Source: the human T2T-CHM13v2.0 reference genome, Homo sapiens. Taken from it: a DNA stretch of 64,000 bases. This document shows, piece by piece, positions 25,939 to 39,667 of this stretch. Position 1 is the stretch's first letter. Each line of letters begins with the position of its first letter. The position numbers and the translations under genes are program-made. The notes under the pieces are model-generated. The model did not search any database. It was not told the origin of the DNA and saw only the letters and a program-made list of their open reading frames with translations. The stretch is from assembly GCF_009914755.1 (NCBI RefSeq), contig NC_060936.1, one strand, 5' to 3'.

Positions 25939-26598
25939 TGTGACCGCCCGAGGGGCTCTTCCTACCCACTGCATAAACTTCATGGCATCGTAGCAGAGAA
26001 ATAGCTTAATAGACAAGAGGCTGGCCATGCCACATGGGAGATGGAGTTCCTACACAAATCATCTCCTTCAAAGCTCACAGGTTAGGGGTTTTTCAAGGGC
26101 AGTTTGGGGAAAGGGGTGGGGGTGGCCAAGTAACAAGTGCTTGCTGATTGGTTGGGGCAGAGATGAAATCATAGGGGGTTGAAGCGGTCCTCCTGCAGGC
26201 TGATTCACTTCTGGGTGGGGCCACAGGAGCCTGATTGTCAGTCCAGGTGGAGCCATGAGTGTCAGACATGCAAAAAACCTGGAAAGATATCTCAAAGGCC
26301 AATCTACAATAGTGGTGTCATTTGCAGGAGTCATTGTGGAAGTGCATATTTTATAACCTCTGGAATAATGTCTGCACCTTAGCAGGACTCAGGGTCTTCT
26401 CCTCCCCTCAACCTGATGGCCTCCTATTAGCTTTACAAAAGCAAATGAGTTAGGGCAAGGCCTATTGTCATTTAAACTGTAGCCTAAATGTCTCCCAAAG
26501 TTAGCTTGGTCCAATAGCTCAGGAACAATTAAGGGAAAGGCAAGATGGGGGTTGGGTTAGCTTCGTTTGCTGGTACAACTTTTGCAAAGGTGGTTTCA
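25939..26598 (-). mobile_element. ERV1 solo LTR (LTR8/LTR26-like, MER4 group)
   Basis: TG...CA termini (tgtgaccgcccg / tttgcaaaggtggtttca); 4-bp TSD ACCT at 25935-25938 and 26599-26602. Confidence 0.85.
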
Positions 26599-26955
26599 AC
26601 CTCTCCTTCCCCTGTTAATCTCAAACAGGCAATTATTCTTGATCTCCTCTTCTGTTCCTGACTTGCTCCAGCTCCACTCTTACTTTCTTCTGATTCTCTA
26701 CCTTTGTACTTGTCTCTTCATGATTAGAAAAAGAGTGATGATCACATATGTACCAATCAAAAAGTCAGAATCCAAACCAGGTTTGGATTAGAAGTTCACA
26801 CTCTTAACCAGTAGGATGCCTATCCCTTAAGTCTTGACTTTGTAGCTGACGTCTGGGCTCATGATTCTAGAATCTCTCTCGAAGACTTTAACTTGGATTC
26901 ACCCCATGGAACTTCCTCAGTTGAAACTCTATTAAGTCTTCTAATTTCTACCTTC

Positions 26956-27430
26956 TGTTATAAATAAAGTTTCGGTGCTGCAAAAGAAATAGCACTCGAA
27001 TATAAAATTTTCTTTTTAATTCTCAGCAAGGCAAGTTACTTCTATAGAAGGGTGCGTGCTTACAGATGGAGCAATGGTGAGCGCACAGTTGGACAAGGGA
27101 GGGGAAGGGGTTCTTATCCCTGATGCACGTGGCCCCTGCTGCTGTGTCGTTCCCCTATTGGCTAGAGTTAGACCGCACAGGCTAAACTAATTCTGATTGG
27201 TTAATTTAAAGACAGTGACAGGGCGAGTGGTTTGGTGGGAAAAATGGTTATGCAGGGTGGAGAATGAGTCAGGGCAGAGCAGGTAGCAGGTAATTAGAAT
27301 GAGTCAGGGTGCAGCAGGTAATCCAAAACGTTTGCTTTATGAGGAAGTTAAGTTTAAAAGTAGAAGGCAAAGAATTGAACATAGTGACATATTGAATCTT
27401 TGAAAAGAAATTTAGAACTTATATCTAACA
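26956..27430 (-). mobile_element. LTR10 (LTR10F-like, HERV-I) solo LTR
   Basis: ends gaaatttagaacttatatctaaca; tandem gaatgagtcaggg units; TSD CTTC on both sides. Confidence 0.88.
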
Positions 27431-27837
27431 CTTCTGACCCTTTGGAAACTAATGCATGGCCCTGTCTGTCCCATCCAATGTACCAAAATAGAATATGTGG
27501 TATCTTTGAACTTCATTCATTCATGCACAGTCTGGAAGGTATATATTGTATGCATTGTCTATATTGCATGCATTCTCTATACTGGGCTCTGTTGGAAATT
27601 CTGGGGATACGTGATTGTTGGATTGGGCAAGAAAGGGAGGGACACTAAGGCCTCTTACTCTCTTTTCTTTATTAATAATTTTTCTTAATGCCTTTCCCCA
27701 AGTTCCACCAAAAGTTAAAAACAGTGTAACATAAAAACAATGGGCTTTGGAGGGTGGAAAAAACCTGAGCTTAAAAATGCTCTAAGCAAAATATAGCTGT
27801 GTGAGATGGAATAGATCTATGTCAGATGGCTCCACAA

Positions 27838-28043
27838 CAGTGGTTCTGAACCTGGATGCATGTGGGAGATATTTGACAATGTCTAGAGACATGTTTTGGT
27901 TGTCACAACTGGGGGATGTGGCTCTGATCTAGTGAGTAGAGGCCAGAGATGCTGCCAAACATCCTACATTGCACAGGACAGCCCCCCATTGCACAGAACT
28001 ATTTGGCCCAAAATTTCAATAATGCTGAGGTTGAGAAACTGTG
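27838..28043. mobile_element. MER20 (hAT-Charlie)
   Basis: cagtggttctgaacc...aatgtctagagaca..ggttgtcacaactggggg...gaggccagagatgctg..aaacatcctaca..gcacaggacagcccc...gaggttgagaaac. Confidence 0.9.
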
Positions 28044-28686
28044 CCTTATAATAATAATTCCAAACTCACAAGGCCGATGTAGAAAAAAAAAAAGGAGGCA
28101 AGTTTGAAAACCCTTAGAACAACCCACTCCCACTAAGCCTGCATCTCCTTTTCCTTTCCTCCCCTATAGTACAAGATACCAACACATTCTCAGATCTGGG
28201 ATCTTTGCTGGGAAACACGAGGCCTGGTTTAACTCTCCTCCACCCTCCCAAAGGAATTGTCTAAATTCACAAAGCAACTTTCCTCACTTCAAAGGAAATA
28301 TTCTGTTCTCTTTGCGGTGACAGAGATTAAATAGGTGCTTATCATTCTAACATATGTTGGGAGTCTGAGGCCTTTTTTCTTGTTTTAAGAAGATGGAAGC
28401 CACAAAAAGATCATATAGCAAGCATAATGGCAACCAGATTTCATCCTGTGCATTACTGTAAAAACCAAGCAGCAGGCATTTGCTTACATGTAAAGCACCC
28501 ACAGGATTGAGCCCAGGTATGCTGGACTTAAGGGCCTCTGCGACTGATTTTACTTTATGTATTCCTGAAGCTGGTGCATTCTTAGCAAATTTCACTTCCT
28601 GTTTCACAATTAGTCCGAACCTGCCTGGAAACGACGGCATGGAACCAGCCATTCTTGATTAGAATCTTGGTTCAGCCACTCACTCC

Positions 28687-28888
28687 TGTGCTATTCACTG
28701 GAGTAGCCACAAATGGCTATTTAAACTTAAATGAATTAAAATGTTTTTAAAATTAAAATTCTAACTCCTCAATCACACTAATCACGTCTCAAGTGCTCAG
28801 TAGCCATGTGGCTAGGGACTACCATATTGGACAAGGTAAATATAGAATATTCCTGTCATTGCAGAAAGTTCTGTTGGATAGCATTGCA
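28687..28888. mobile_element. MER3 (hAT-Charlie)
   Basis: tcaagtgctcagtagccatgtggctag..actaccatattggaca...gcagaaagttctgttggatagcattg. Confidence 0.8.
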
Positions 28889-29969
28889 CAAATTATTTTG
28901 GGCTAAACAATTTCTTTGAATACTAGTTTCTTCAATGTTAAATGGGGACCATATTTCTTGACTTGTTTCTTTCCTAGAACTATTGGGAAGGTGAACCAAA
29001 GTGGTGCTTTGTAAAAATTATAAAATAGTGTGCACACGTAAGGATTGTGAAAAGAGCCTTAAATTGTTTCCTTTACCAAAGATGATCAACTTTGCTTTAT
29101 TGCCAAGAAACACAGGGATCTGTCTTTCTAGACCTTTTCTTTCTGGATTGATTAATTACTGCTCAGGGTAAATAATTTTAAGAGGAAGTTTTATAGATAC
29201 CCACTCTCTCTTCATAACTAAAATCTCTGCTGTGTACATAGTAAATCCAGTGGTCCATTAAAAGATATTCGCAGGTCACGAATTTTCCCTTTGCCCACTT
29301 AGGAGCTTCTCACTATTATTTTGCATTTTTTCCTTCTAAAATATCAGCCCGGCTCCTCTATCCCTAATGGGGCATTAGAGAAAAAATCTGTGTGCTTGAG
29401 AGAGTCTTTGAGTTTTTCTTAGTTGGGGTCAACAAAGTCTTCCAAATCAAATAGAAGGAATGGTTCCCATTAAGCCCCAAGTAGTCTTTGGTGTTTGCTC
29501 TGCTGTCAGCTTGGACACACTCCACCAAAGGAGCAAATCTCTGTTTTTACTTAGGCTTGTGCTGATCTGTTGTTAAGTCGTAACTCGATGAAAGCATTAT
29601 AAGGCAATAAGAGGATGCATGTCAGGAAATTGGCTGAATTATATCTAAGAGGGCTCAAAGCATGCCAGTGGGGCAGCTCAGGAGATCCAGAAGGTGACAT
29701 TGGAGACTGGAAGACTGAGCCTTTCCCAGGCCTCTCAGAGGCCCTTGTGTGTTTCCAATGGGAAAAACAAGCTTTGGCATTTACATGACACTCTTCCTGC
29801 TCTTCAGTGCAAAGAGCAGGAAGAGTGTCAACTCTATCAACATTCACTGCTGAGCCATGCCATGAATGACTCTTTATGCAAGGAGACACTACAGACCAGA
29901 AGATGCAGTCCTGCGACTGGGCAGGCCAAGAGGAAAGCTTTGGTGTTGCCTTGTCATCCGTCTCCAAAT

Positions 29970-30600
29970 CAGGACTATTACTATGAACAAAGCAGAAAAA
30001 AATCCTGCCCTCTTGGAACTTATATTCTAGTGAGGAGGGGAACAGAGGAGGGGACAGGGGACTCTCCTCTCCATCTCTAACATTCCTTTCACATTTCCTA
30101 TATTTTATTTTGTATTGTTTACATTGTTTATGATAAAAAAATAAAATATAGGAAATGTGAAAGGAATTCTAGAAATGGAGAGGAGAGTCGATTCACAAGG
30201 AACAGTCAGGAAAAGCTTCACAAAGTGACATTTCAGCAGGAACCCCAAAGAAATGAGGATGCAAGCCCTGAAGGAGTGCTCATCATGCAGAGGAACTTGG
30301 CAAGTGCAAAGGCCCTGGGACAGAGGTAAGCCTGGCCTCTTTGAGAAAGAGCAGCTGATGACAGTAGTTGAGGCAGAGTGAATGAGGAGAAAAATAGAGG
30401 GAGATAAGGTCACAGAGGTGGTATGGGACCAGATACTGCAAGGCTTCCTTCACTATTCTACTCTGTAAGACATGGGAACTCTTTGGAGGGTTTTGAGCAG
30501 AGTAGTAACAATCTGACTGAAGTTATTAAAGAATCTCTCTGAACACTCTGTTGAGAGGAGACTAGGTGAGAGGAAGGGAAGGCAATGATGGAGGCAGGTT
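29970..30600 (-). mobile_element. L2 (L2a-like)
   Basis: cctgccctcttggaacttatattctagtg...gtgacatttcagcag...aagtgcaaaggccctgggacag...ttggagggttttgagcag. Confidence 0.8.
30060..30189. repeat. inverted repeat, 52-bp arms with 26-nt spacer
   Basis: 30060-30111 is the reverse complement of 30138-30189 with 3 mismatches. Confidence 0.95.
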
Positions 30601-30605
30601 ATGAT

Positions 30606-30982
30606 TAATATAGTCTGGCTGTGTCCCCACCCACATTTCATCTTGAATTATAGTTCCCATAGTTCCCAAGTGTTGTGGGAGGGACCAGGTGGAGATAACT
30701 GAATCATGGGGGCGGTTCCCCCTATCCTATTCTAGTGATAGTGGGTTAGTTCTCATGAGATCTGATGGTTTTATAAGGGGCTTCTCTCTTCACTGGGCAC
30801 TCATTCTTCTCCCTCCTGCTGCCACGTGGAGAAGGACATGTTTGCTTCCTCTTGTGCCCTGAATGCAAGTTTCCTGAGGCCTCCCCAGCCATGCTGAACT
30901 GTGAGTCAATTAAATCTCTTTCCTTTGTAAATTACCCAGTCTCAGGTATGTCTTTATTAGCAGCCTGAGAACGATGAATACA
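30606..30982 (+). mobile_element. THE1C-like solo LTR
   Basis: ggctgtgtccccaccc...gaaggacatgtttgcttcc..aagtttcctgaggcc...aataca; TSD atgat/ataat. Confidence 0.92.
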
Positions 30983-31227
30983 ATAATCAACCAACCTCAT
31001 GGGCTTTTCCCTGGCCTCCACTCTCCATCAGCACTTACATACACCTTGTCTCTGGAGCCTGTGAACACTCATGCCAAACCTGTGCTCTCCCTGCTAGGGC
31101 TGTCTCATAGACCGCAATGAACTGCACCATCTGATTCATTCTGTGCATCCATTTCCACTCACAACCTCATACAATTCAAACTCATGGTTGTTCAACAGAA
31201 CATGAACAATTACCTAGCTCAACCACT

Positions 31228-31505
31228 CATTTTTTAAAAATTTTGAAATGGATCGTATATGCAGAACAGTTTAAATTATAATCATAGAGTAAGTACTCAT
31301 GTACCATTAACCAAGTTCGTAACAAGAACATTACCAGTCCCTTAGATACCACATGTGTCCCTTCCCAATCACATGCCCCTCCCATCAGTCCTTCATCCCC
31401 ACCCAGAAGTAGCTTTCATCCCACCTGCTGTGTTCATCCTTGTCCAGCTTTTCTTTATGGGGTCTCCCTCCTATGCATGAAGAAACAAATAATGTTTAGT
31501 TTTGG
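31228..31505 (-). mobile_element. L1ME-type 3' fragment
   Basis: gtaccattaaccaag..aagaacattaccagtcccttagataccacatgtgtccccttcccaatcac. Confidence 0.6.
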
Positions 31506-32139
31506 AAAATGGGTAGCAGCAGAAAGCGACATGTTTTCCTGCTAGATAGAGGCCCATGGGGGAAGAACATGCTGAGCCTCTAGGCCATGACCTAACTTTA
31601 GGTTCCATGAGAGTATCCAGGAGTCCTTTCTGGGGAAACCACAAGGCAAGGTCACAAATGAGGCCTCAGAGATGTGGAGTTCACTTCAGAAATCCTGCAG
31701 CTTGTCTGGCAAGGCTGTAGTGTGGGCTAAGAACTAGACGTATGGAGAGAATCCTGTCCAGGAGAGTGGGCTGCTTCTGAATCTATGTGGCCTGAGTCTG
31801 CTCTCAAGATTAGGTCAAAGCAGGACATTTCTGTGGGTGAAGTAAGTGTCCTCAGCTTACCTAGGCAGCAGCGCATGGAGGAGAGAGCAGGAACTTTCTC
31901 AGCCTCTGGTCAAGACAAACCAGGTATCATTCAGAATCCAGACCAGGCTTTCCTGGACACCCCGTCCTCAAGTTAGCTAGGAACTTAGTATGGACAGCCC
32001 ATGGTGGTGCCTCTGTCTCTACTCAGATCTGCGGTTGCCTTCCATGTGTGGACACAGCTTCACTATCCTCCCAACACACCCATCACCCTCTCCTCTCTCA
32101 GCTCTGCCACGTGCTGCAGCCTGTGTCTTCCTCATTCGT

Positions 32140-33325
32140 GGCTGATTCTTTCATTTTCTTGAAGTACATCCTCCAGTGGATTCTTGAGACAATTTTAAGA
32201 AGTCAAATATCTGAAAATGCTATTATTCTACCCTCAATTATGATTAATAATTTGGCTAGGTATATAATTGTTAGTTGGATATTACTGACCTATAGAATTT
32301 TTGGAGATGCTGCTGTTGAAAAATCTGAAGCTATTCTGATAGCTGAACCTTTGTATGTAACCTGTTTCTTTTTTCTCTTTTCAGAAACTCATAGACTCTT
32401 TTCTTATCACAAATACTCAGAAATTTTATGACAGTCTTTATTGTGGATCCTTTTTTCCATCCACTGTGCATAAGGAGACAACTCCCTTTTGATCAGTCAA
32501 CCCTGTCCTTCAGTCCTGGAAAATCTTCTTCAATTATTTCATAGATTGTTTCCCACCCTTCCCCTTGGCCTTCTCTGATCTTTTTTTCTGGATGTCCTTT
32601 TGGACCAGTCTTCTAATATTGTTATAATTCTTTCCTATTTTATTTGTGTTTTTGCTCAACTTTTGGTAACATTTCTTCAAATGTATCTTCCAAACTTATT
32701 GAGATTTTTGTTTCTGTCCTCATGTTTTTAATTACCGAAACTTGTTTTCCTCTCCATTTATTTTAGAGCATCCTTTTCTCATTTCATTCATGTACTATCT
32801 TATCTGTCTTAAGAGCATTAATGAAAGATGTTTCCACAATTCTCTCCTTTGTGCCTCTTCTTCCTCTAAGTTGCATTCCTTCTGTTTGTTTGTTGTGGTC
32901 TCTGTATTTCATATCAGAACCTTTCCTAATGTCTGATAATCCTTGTTGCTTGTATGAATAAAAGTGAGGAATGAGGAAACTCACTGGAAGCTCTCAACCA
33001 AGCAATGCAGCCCGTTAGCATTGACTTGATCAGACCATGTGTTAGAAAACTCCCATTATCAGAATCTTTGAATCTGTCTTCTTGGCTGGAGATTAGAGTC
33101 CCTAGAGAAGCCTCTTCCCACTTCAGGCTTGGAACACAGAGATCCTGACAGCATTCTGTGGTCAAAGTAGGGGAAGAGGGCTGGAGGTTTTAGTGTATAG
33201 CATGCATTATGCACACAGTCACTTAAGTCCCTTGTTTTTGATATGGTATCTATACTTTATGCCTGGCATCCCTTAGTTCAATGACCCACAGTTTTTCCCC
33301 TCCATAAAATAAGCCTTCGGACTTG
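32140..33325 (-). mobile_element. ancient L1M/HAL1-like 5'/ORF1 remnant
   Basis: T-rich strand; tgctgttgaaaaatctgaagctattctgat..cctttgtatgtaacctg. Confidence 0.5.
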
Positions 33326-33339
33326 CCAGCTATATTTCC

Positions 33340-33740
33340 ATATAAGGCAAGTAATTTTAGCTGCAATGAAACAAATTCCCAGATCCCAATGGCTTAACAA
33401 AACATACTTTTCACTACTGCAAAGCCTAATGTAGATATTCCTACTTAGCAGACAGCTTCCCATGTGGTCATTCAGGGATCTAGTTTCCTTCCATCTTGTG
33501 GCTCCACCAGGACTCAGAAATTGCTCTATTAAACTCCAAAACTCCATATGGAGAAAAAGGATTACTCATGTAAGGTTTCTATGGGCCAAGCCTGAAAGTG
33601 GCACATATCCTTGTTGCCTTGTAGACTCAGAATTCAGTCACATGGCCATTCCTAACTGCAAAGAAGACAGGGAAATGTCTCGAGCTGTGTCCCCAGAACA
33701 AAAAGGAAATGGGTTCTAGTGAACACAGAAATCACCACTC
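33340..33740 (-). mobile_element. MLT1 (I/J-like) LTR
   Basis: aatggcttaacaaaac...cattcagggatctag..ccttccatcttgtggctcc...agtcacatggcc..cctaactgcaaag. Confidence 0.75.
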
Positions 33741-34309
33741 TAAGGACCCTGCCATATTGCTCTACCCCCATGGGTCTCAATTTTTTAACCTATAAAATGG
33801 TAAAATCGAAACAATACTGGCTGTCTCACAAAATTTTGGTGGGGATTATATTTGTAAAATGCTTACCAGGCACACAATAAACCCTCAAGGAATAATTGTT
33901 GGTATTGTTGTTGTTTTTAATCTTTCATTAGTTTATTTTATTAAAACTTGGTATCCACTGAAACATCAAATCTTTCATTGTTTAAGGAAGGAATTTAAAA
34001 AGCATGCACAGAATAATAAGGATAAAGAAGAGGAAGAAACTTATATACTGAATATCACATTCACTTCATTTATAAAACAAATATTTTCTGAATATCTACT
34101 GTATACTAGGCAATGTATTAGAAGTCCAGAGATATTAAAATAAATAAGATCCCTGCACTTGAGATTACCACAGTCTGGCTGAGAATCACAACACTAAACA
34201 TTGTCACTCCTTTGGAAACTTTAGGCCAGTTTCCAAAGGAAAGCTGGGAGTTATCCCAGAGGATAAAATGATCTGAAATGAATTTCCATTTTAGTGGTCA
34301 AAACTCAGA

Positions 34310-35645
34310 TTCATCAAGGTTATCAAGTCACCTCCACATTGCTGAAACCAGTAGTTAATTCTGGGTTTTTATCCTACTTGACTTATATCTGATCATGATC
34401 TCATTCTTGAAACAGTGTCTTGACATGGCTTCCAGAACAACACACATCCTTGGTTTTGCTTTTACTTCGCTGGTTGCTACCACTTAGTCTCTTATATTGC
34501 TTCTTGTTCATTCCCCATTCCTGTTAATGTTGAAGTGCATCAGGGCCCCATCATTGTTCCTTTTCTCTTCTCTATGTACTCCTCCCTTAATGGTTTCATC
34601 CAGGGCAATAGCTCTCAATACCATCTATGAACCGAAGACTCCCAAAATTATATATCCTACTCATGCTTCTCCTTAACTCCAGATTCATATGTCCAATTGC
34701 CTACTCAACTTTGGCATTCAAATACCTATTTGCTGAACTCCTGATCCTCTAACTTTTAACTCTTCTTTTTCATACCTCATTCAACCTATCAGTTAATCAT
34801 GTTGGCTCCACTTTCAAAATATATCCAGAACCCAAGTACTTCTTACCATATTTACTACCATTGCCCTATCCAACTCAGCATCATATCTCACCTAGATTGA
34901 CCCACCGGCCTCCTAATCTCTTCCTGCTTTTTACCATAGCACTTATCACCGTGTGTCATAATCATAAGAGCGCGCGCACACACACACACATAATCTCTAT
35001 AACTAGAATGTAAGTTGCAAGATGATTGTATGCTATGTTCCCTGTTGTGTCCCCACTAGCTAGAACAGTGTCTAGCACTTAGTAGGTATTGAGAAAGGCT
35101 GTCTTGTGCATGCAGCCTTTCATCCCCCACTAAACCATGCAAGAATGGGCCTGAGACCTGTAACATTCTCTTACCAAGAGTTCCAGAGTCCTTACAGCCT
35201 GTGCTGAACTTATCACCTTGTGTGAAAATATCTTTCCTTGGTTAAAACTCAATGCGCACTCCTTTGTTCTGCTTAAATGTGTGTGCCATATGACACCTGC
35301 TCAACCCCACTGCTACATCTGTCCTCTGTAGGGAGAAGAGACAGTCTTTCTGCTGCAGCACAAAAAAAGGTGCCTGTGTGCCTGTAGGCCAACTGCCCTG
35401 CAGCAGTGGCTAGGAGGGACCCACTGGCCATGGAGAACCAATGCCCACTATTGAGGCTGATCATGTTCTGTCTCTTATCTGTGCAAGTAAAATGTTGTTC
35501 CTCGCAGTGCTTATCTGCATTGTTTTCCTTGGCAACTCAGATACCAAGATGCAGTGAACAGAAATTCTTGAAATTCTGCTTCTGATAATAGGCAACAGAT
35601 GCCTCTTGCTCAACAGTAGGTGTTCATTATTTGAATGAATGAAGA
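34310..35645 (+). mobile_element. L2 (L2a-like) with its 3' end split by an ERVL LTR
   Basis: tcacctccacattgctgaaacca...caataccatcta..gactcccaaaatt...ttcaaaatatatccagaa...ctagaacagtgtctagcacttagtagg|tgttcattatttgaatgaatgaa. Confidence 0.85.
35087..35615 (+). mobile_element. ERVL-class solo LTR (MER70-like)
   Basis: termini tattgag...ctcaaca; perfect 5-bp TSD GTAGG at 35082-35086 and 35616-35620. Confidence 0.75.
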
Positions 35646-36052
35646 AAGGAAGGTGGGCACTATCTGCAATATACATGATGCAATTTAGAAGAGTGCTTCC
35701 ATCCCAAGAGAAATCAAAGAGCAGGTTTAATAAGATGTGAGCATTTTTGTAGCCTTCATTTCTTTTGGAGGATGGTCATACTTGCTGGAGCAGGAGCTGG
35801 GGCCGGACCCAAGCAGGAGGAAGAGATCTCAGGAGAAGAAGCTCTCTGTGCTCAGTAGCAAAGGTACAGTCTGCTGCTTTTAGGAAAGCACACGTCAGCA
35901 CAATGATTCCTCCTTCTTATTTCTTCTCCAAAAGAAAGTTAGCAGCCATCCCTTCTAGAAATCCCTGACACTTCATTTGTTGAATGTAGCAGATTTTATG
36001 ATTCTTGCTACAGACAATGCTGTTACTTCCCTTAATATTAACAGCACCCTAT

Positions 36053-36173
36053 TAGAGTAAATAATTCATCCAGATTTGACTGGGACTGTCATAGTTTGAA
36101 ATTGAGAGTTTCAAACTTCTACATCCAATAAACCCCCTCAGTCCTGGGCAAACCAAGATGGTTGGTCACCCTA
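36053..36173. mobile_element. MER94-like hAT-Blackjack MITE
   Basis: tagagtaaataattcatccagatttgactgggactg ... cagtcctgggcaaaccaagatggttggtcacccta. Confidence 0.65.
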
Positions 36174-38482
36174 TACCTAGCACAGCACCTGTCACCTTAA
36201 ATAAATGTTGGGTGCAGCTAATTGTGTTACAGTTATTTGTTTACATCCCTATTTTCACTCTAGTGCCTGCAATATGGCATGTTTTGTAAAATGTGTTTCA
36301 GGGAACCCTAGTTCCATATGATATCAATAAAGGTTATTGTTTATTGTAGGTGCTGTTTGATGCCCCACCCGGAAATCCTTTCCTGGGCCAGTGCATTATC
36401 CCGGAGCTGCTTATACTGGTGGCTACTAACAACTTACAGCTATACTCTTTTCAAAAAGCCTTGTCCTTAGCTTACAGGAGTCTGATTTCTCAAGGATTTC
36501 AGAGAAATTTTGTCCCCCTTCCTAAAGGGCCACTTAGAGCCAATAAGTGTCTTATGTTTACCTAAAGCTCACCCCACCTTCTTCCAGATGGGAAAACTGT
36601 AGCATCATTTACTCCCTAGGACTCTCCATGGCATTCAGTTGAGGCTAAACTTCAGCCAAACCCATCAAAAACTCTATTGCATACAGGAGGCAATGGCATG
36701 TCTCCATTTAATTCATCAGTCTGGCTCTTGGAAAAACTGAATAAATTATGATATATAAGATTAGACTACCATGAACTTAACCAAGTAATAGTCCCAGTCA
36801 CGGCTGCTGTGCCAGATGTGGTATCCTTGCTACATCAAATTAATATAATCTCTGGCATGGTTTATGACTACTGAGCTAGCAAATGCATGCTTTTCCACAC
36901 TCATCAAGGAGATTCTAAAGTGGTTCTTATTTACATGGAATACTTCCATGTCCTTAATAGTGTACTTCCATGGCCTGCCTCCAGAGATTATTAATCTTCT
37001 AAATGCTGTCACAATATACTGTGAACCATCTGGACTTCTGCAGAATTCATTTTGGTTCATTGTATTGATAACATCATGTTAATTGTACGTAATGGACAAG
37101 AAATGGCAAGTGCTCTGAGTGCCTTAGTAAGATGCATGCAGTCCAAAAAATAAGAAATAAAACCTATGATACATTATTAATGTTTTTAGGAATCCAGTGT
37201 TTTGAAGCATACTGTGACATCCTCTCAAAGTAAAAGACAATTTCTTGTACCTTGTACTATCTACCACTAAGGAAAAATCACAGCACTTGATTCGTTTCTT
37301 TGGGTTTTAAAGGCAGCATAGTCCATTCTTGTGAATATTACTCTGACATTTTATTGGATGATGTGCCTCAAGAAAGGTCTCTGCAGCAGATTCAGGCTTT
37401 AATACAAACAGGCTTGATGATTTGGCCATATGATCAGTAAATTCCCTGACACTAAAAGTATCTTGGTAGATAAAGAGGTCATAAAGAGTCTCCAGCAAGG
37501 CCCAATAGAAAAAATACAGTACAAATTGCCGAGTTCTGGAGCAAGGTTATGCAGCAGAGCACTCTACACCACTCAAAAGTAGTTCCTGGCACAATACTGG
37601 GCCCCAATAAAGACTGAGCTTTGGACCCTCAGATATCAAGTGACCTTGTGGTCAAAATTACTTGTTATGAGCATGGTGCTGTCAAATCTACCAATTCATA
37701 AGGTCAAGGAGACCCAGGCACTATCCATCATTAAGATGGAAGTGGTACATTTAATACTGGACTAAAGCAAGTCCAGAGGGCAGAAGTAAACTGCAAAACA
37801 GGTATTCCAGCCATTGTGGCCCTGGTGCTTCCCCCTTAGCTCACACTTCTGGCCTCATGGAAGTTCTCTATAAACCATCTAATACAAGATGTTAAAAAAA
37901 AAAACCCAAGCTGGGTTTATGAAGATCAGCTCAGTATATTGATGCAATAACAAATTTCTACTCCTGCACTACAGCCCCAATCAGGGATGACCCTGAAAGG
38001 CAATGGTGTGAGGTGAATTCATTTATTTTGTCATTCATTTTGTGTTTAGAGAGAAGTGGCCCCAAATTAGTATATACACTCACTCATGCACAGTAGCAAA
38101 TGTCCTAGCTATGGGGTCAGGTGCCTGGAAACAGAAAGACTGTAAGGCTGGGGACAAGGAAGTCTACAGAAGGTATATTAGGATGTACCTATGGGAGTGG
38201 GCACAAACTGTGAGGGTCTTTGTATCACAACATGTATCAGAGAACTTCCACCATTAAAGGGGCTCTAACAAACAAGCGGACAGAATGACTCAGCTAGTAG
38301 ATGTCAGCCAGCCTCTGTCCTCAGACACTGCACAGGTAGGCACATGTTAAGAGTAATCTTAGGGGCAGAGATGAAGTCTATGCAAGGGTTCAACAGCATA
38401 GGTTGAACAAAGGTTCATAGGGTTCTCATAAAGGTTGATCTAGCTATTACCATGCTGAATGTCCAAGTTGCCAGCAAAAGAG

Positions 38483-38930
38483 TATAGGAGGACAGGTCAC
38501 TGATGGCATGGCCAATCAGCTCTCCCCTCTCCCACCTGTAATTCTCAAGATAACCTGTAGAATGTACTGTGAATGCAATGTCCTGGAATATGGAGGAACT
38601 GCCTGGAACAGCCAAGGCTATATACTCATTCCTCCTTGAATAGGATGTTCTGCGACACTTGTGCTCAGTAGTCCCAAGGGCACCCAGGGTATAAAACCCA
38701 TAGCAGAATGCTTTCAGGATCCCTCAGTTGTGATACAACATGGGGTATATGCAGCTCAGACTCCATCACCCTGGGAAGCTCTTCTGTTCCTTGCTGGACC
38801 AGCTCATGGTGTCTCCTAGGCTTCTGTTTATCCTTGCTGCCCATCTTGGAGTCATAAATCTGCTTTCGCCTGACTTGTGTGTGTGTTCTGTCTCATCACA
38901 TTCATGCACATGGTAGAGAACCTTTGCACA
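38483..38930 (+). mobile_element. ERVL-class solo LTR (LTR47-like) nested in the provirus integrase
   Basis: TATA box gggtataaaaccc at ~38687; CA end; integrase sequence continues on both sides. Confidence 0.65.
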
Positions 38931-39330
38931 GAGATCAACACTAAGACTTAGACATATCACCATCCTTGGAGGAAATCAACCAGCTACTTAGTGGTAAGAT
39001 GATTACATCATAATTCATCTACCAAAAGTGCAACCATTCATCCTGACTGGGATTGACACATATTCTAGGTATGGGTTTGCCTTGCCCGCCAGCAAAGCCA
39101 GCTAAAAAAACAAACAACAGTGATGTTCGACAACATTACTATGCAAGGACTCAAAGATTATCTAATATAACTGACATGGGATCCCATTTTAACATTGCTT
39201 CAGACCAAAGGTCTTTTTCACAGCAAAAGAGGTGTGATAGTGGGCATATAGCCATGGGATCCACTGATTCTACCATGTACCACACATTGCAAAAATTGCT
39301 GGCCTTGTAAAGCCGTGAAACAAACTCTTA

Positions 39331-39667
<337 letters not shown>

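Noticed and set aside
28347-28652. 101-aa minus-strand ORF MAGSMPSFPGRF... with an internal GTAAGC
   Set aside because: No recognisable domain, weak splice context, begins at the edge of a MIR
29551-30080. Overlapping 138-aa and 128-aa ORFs
   Set aside because: No homology recognised, one runs into L2; lengths compatible with chance in 64 kb
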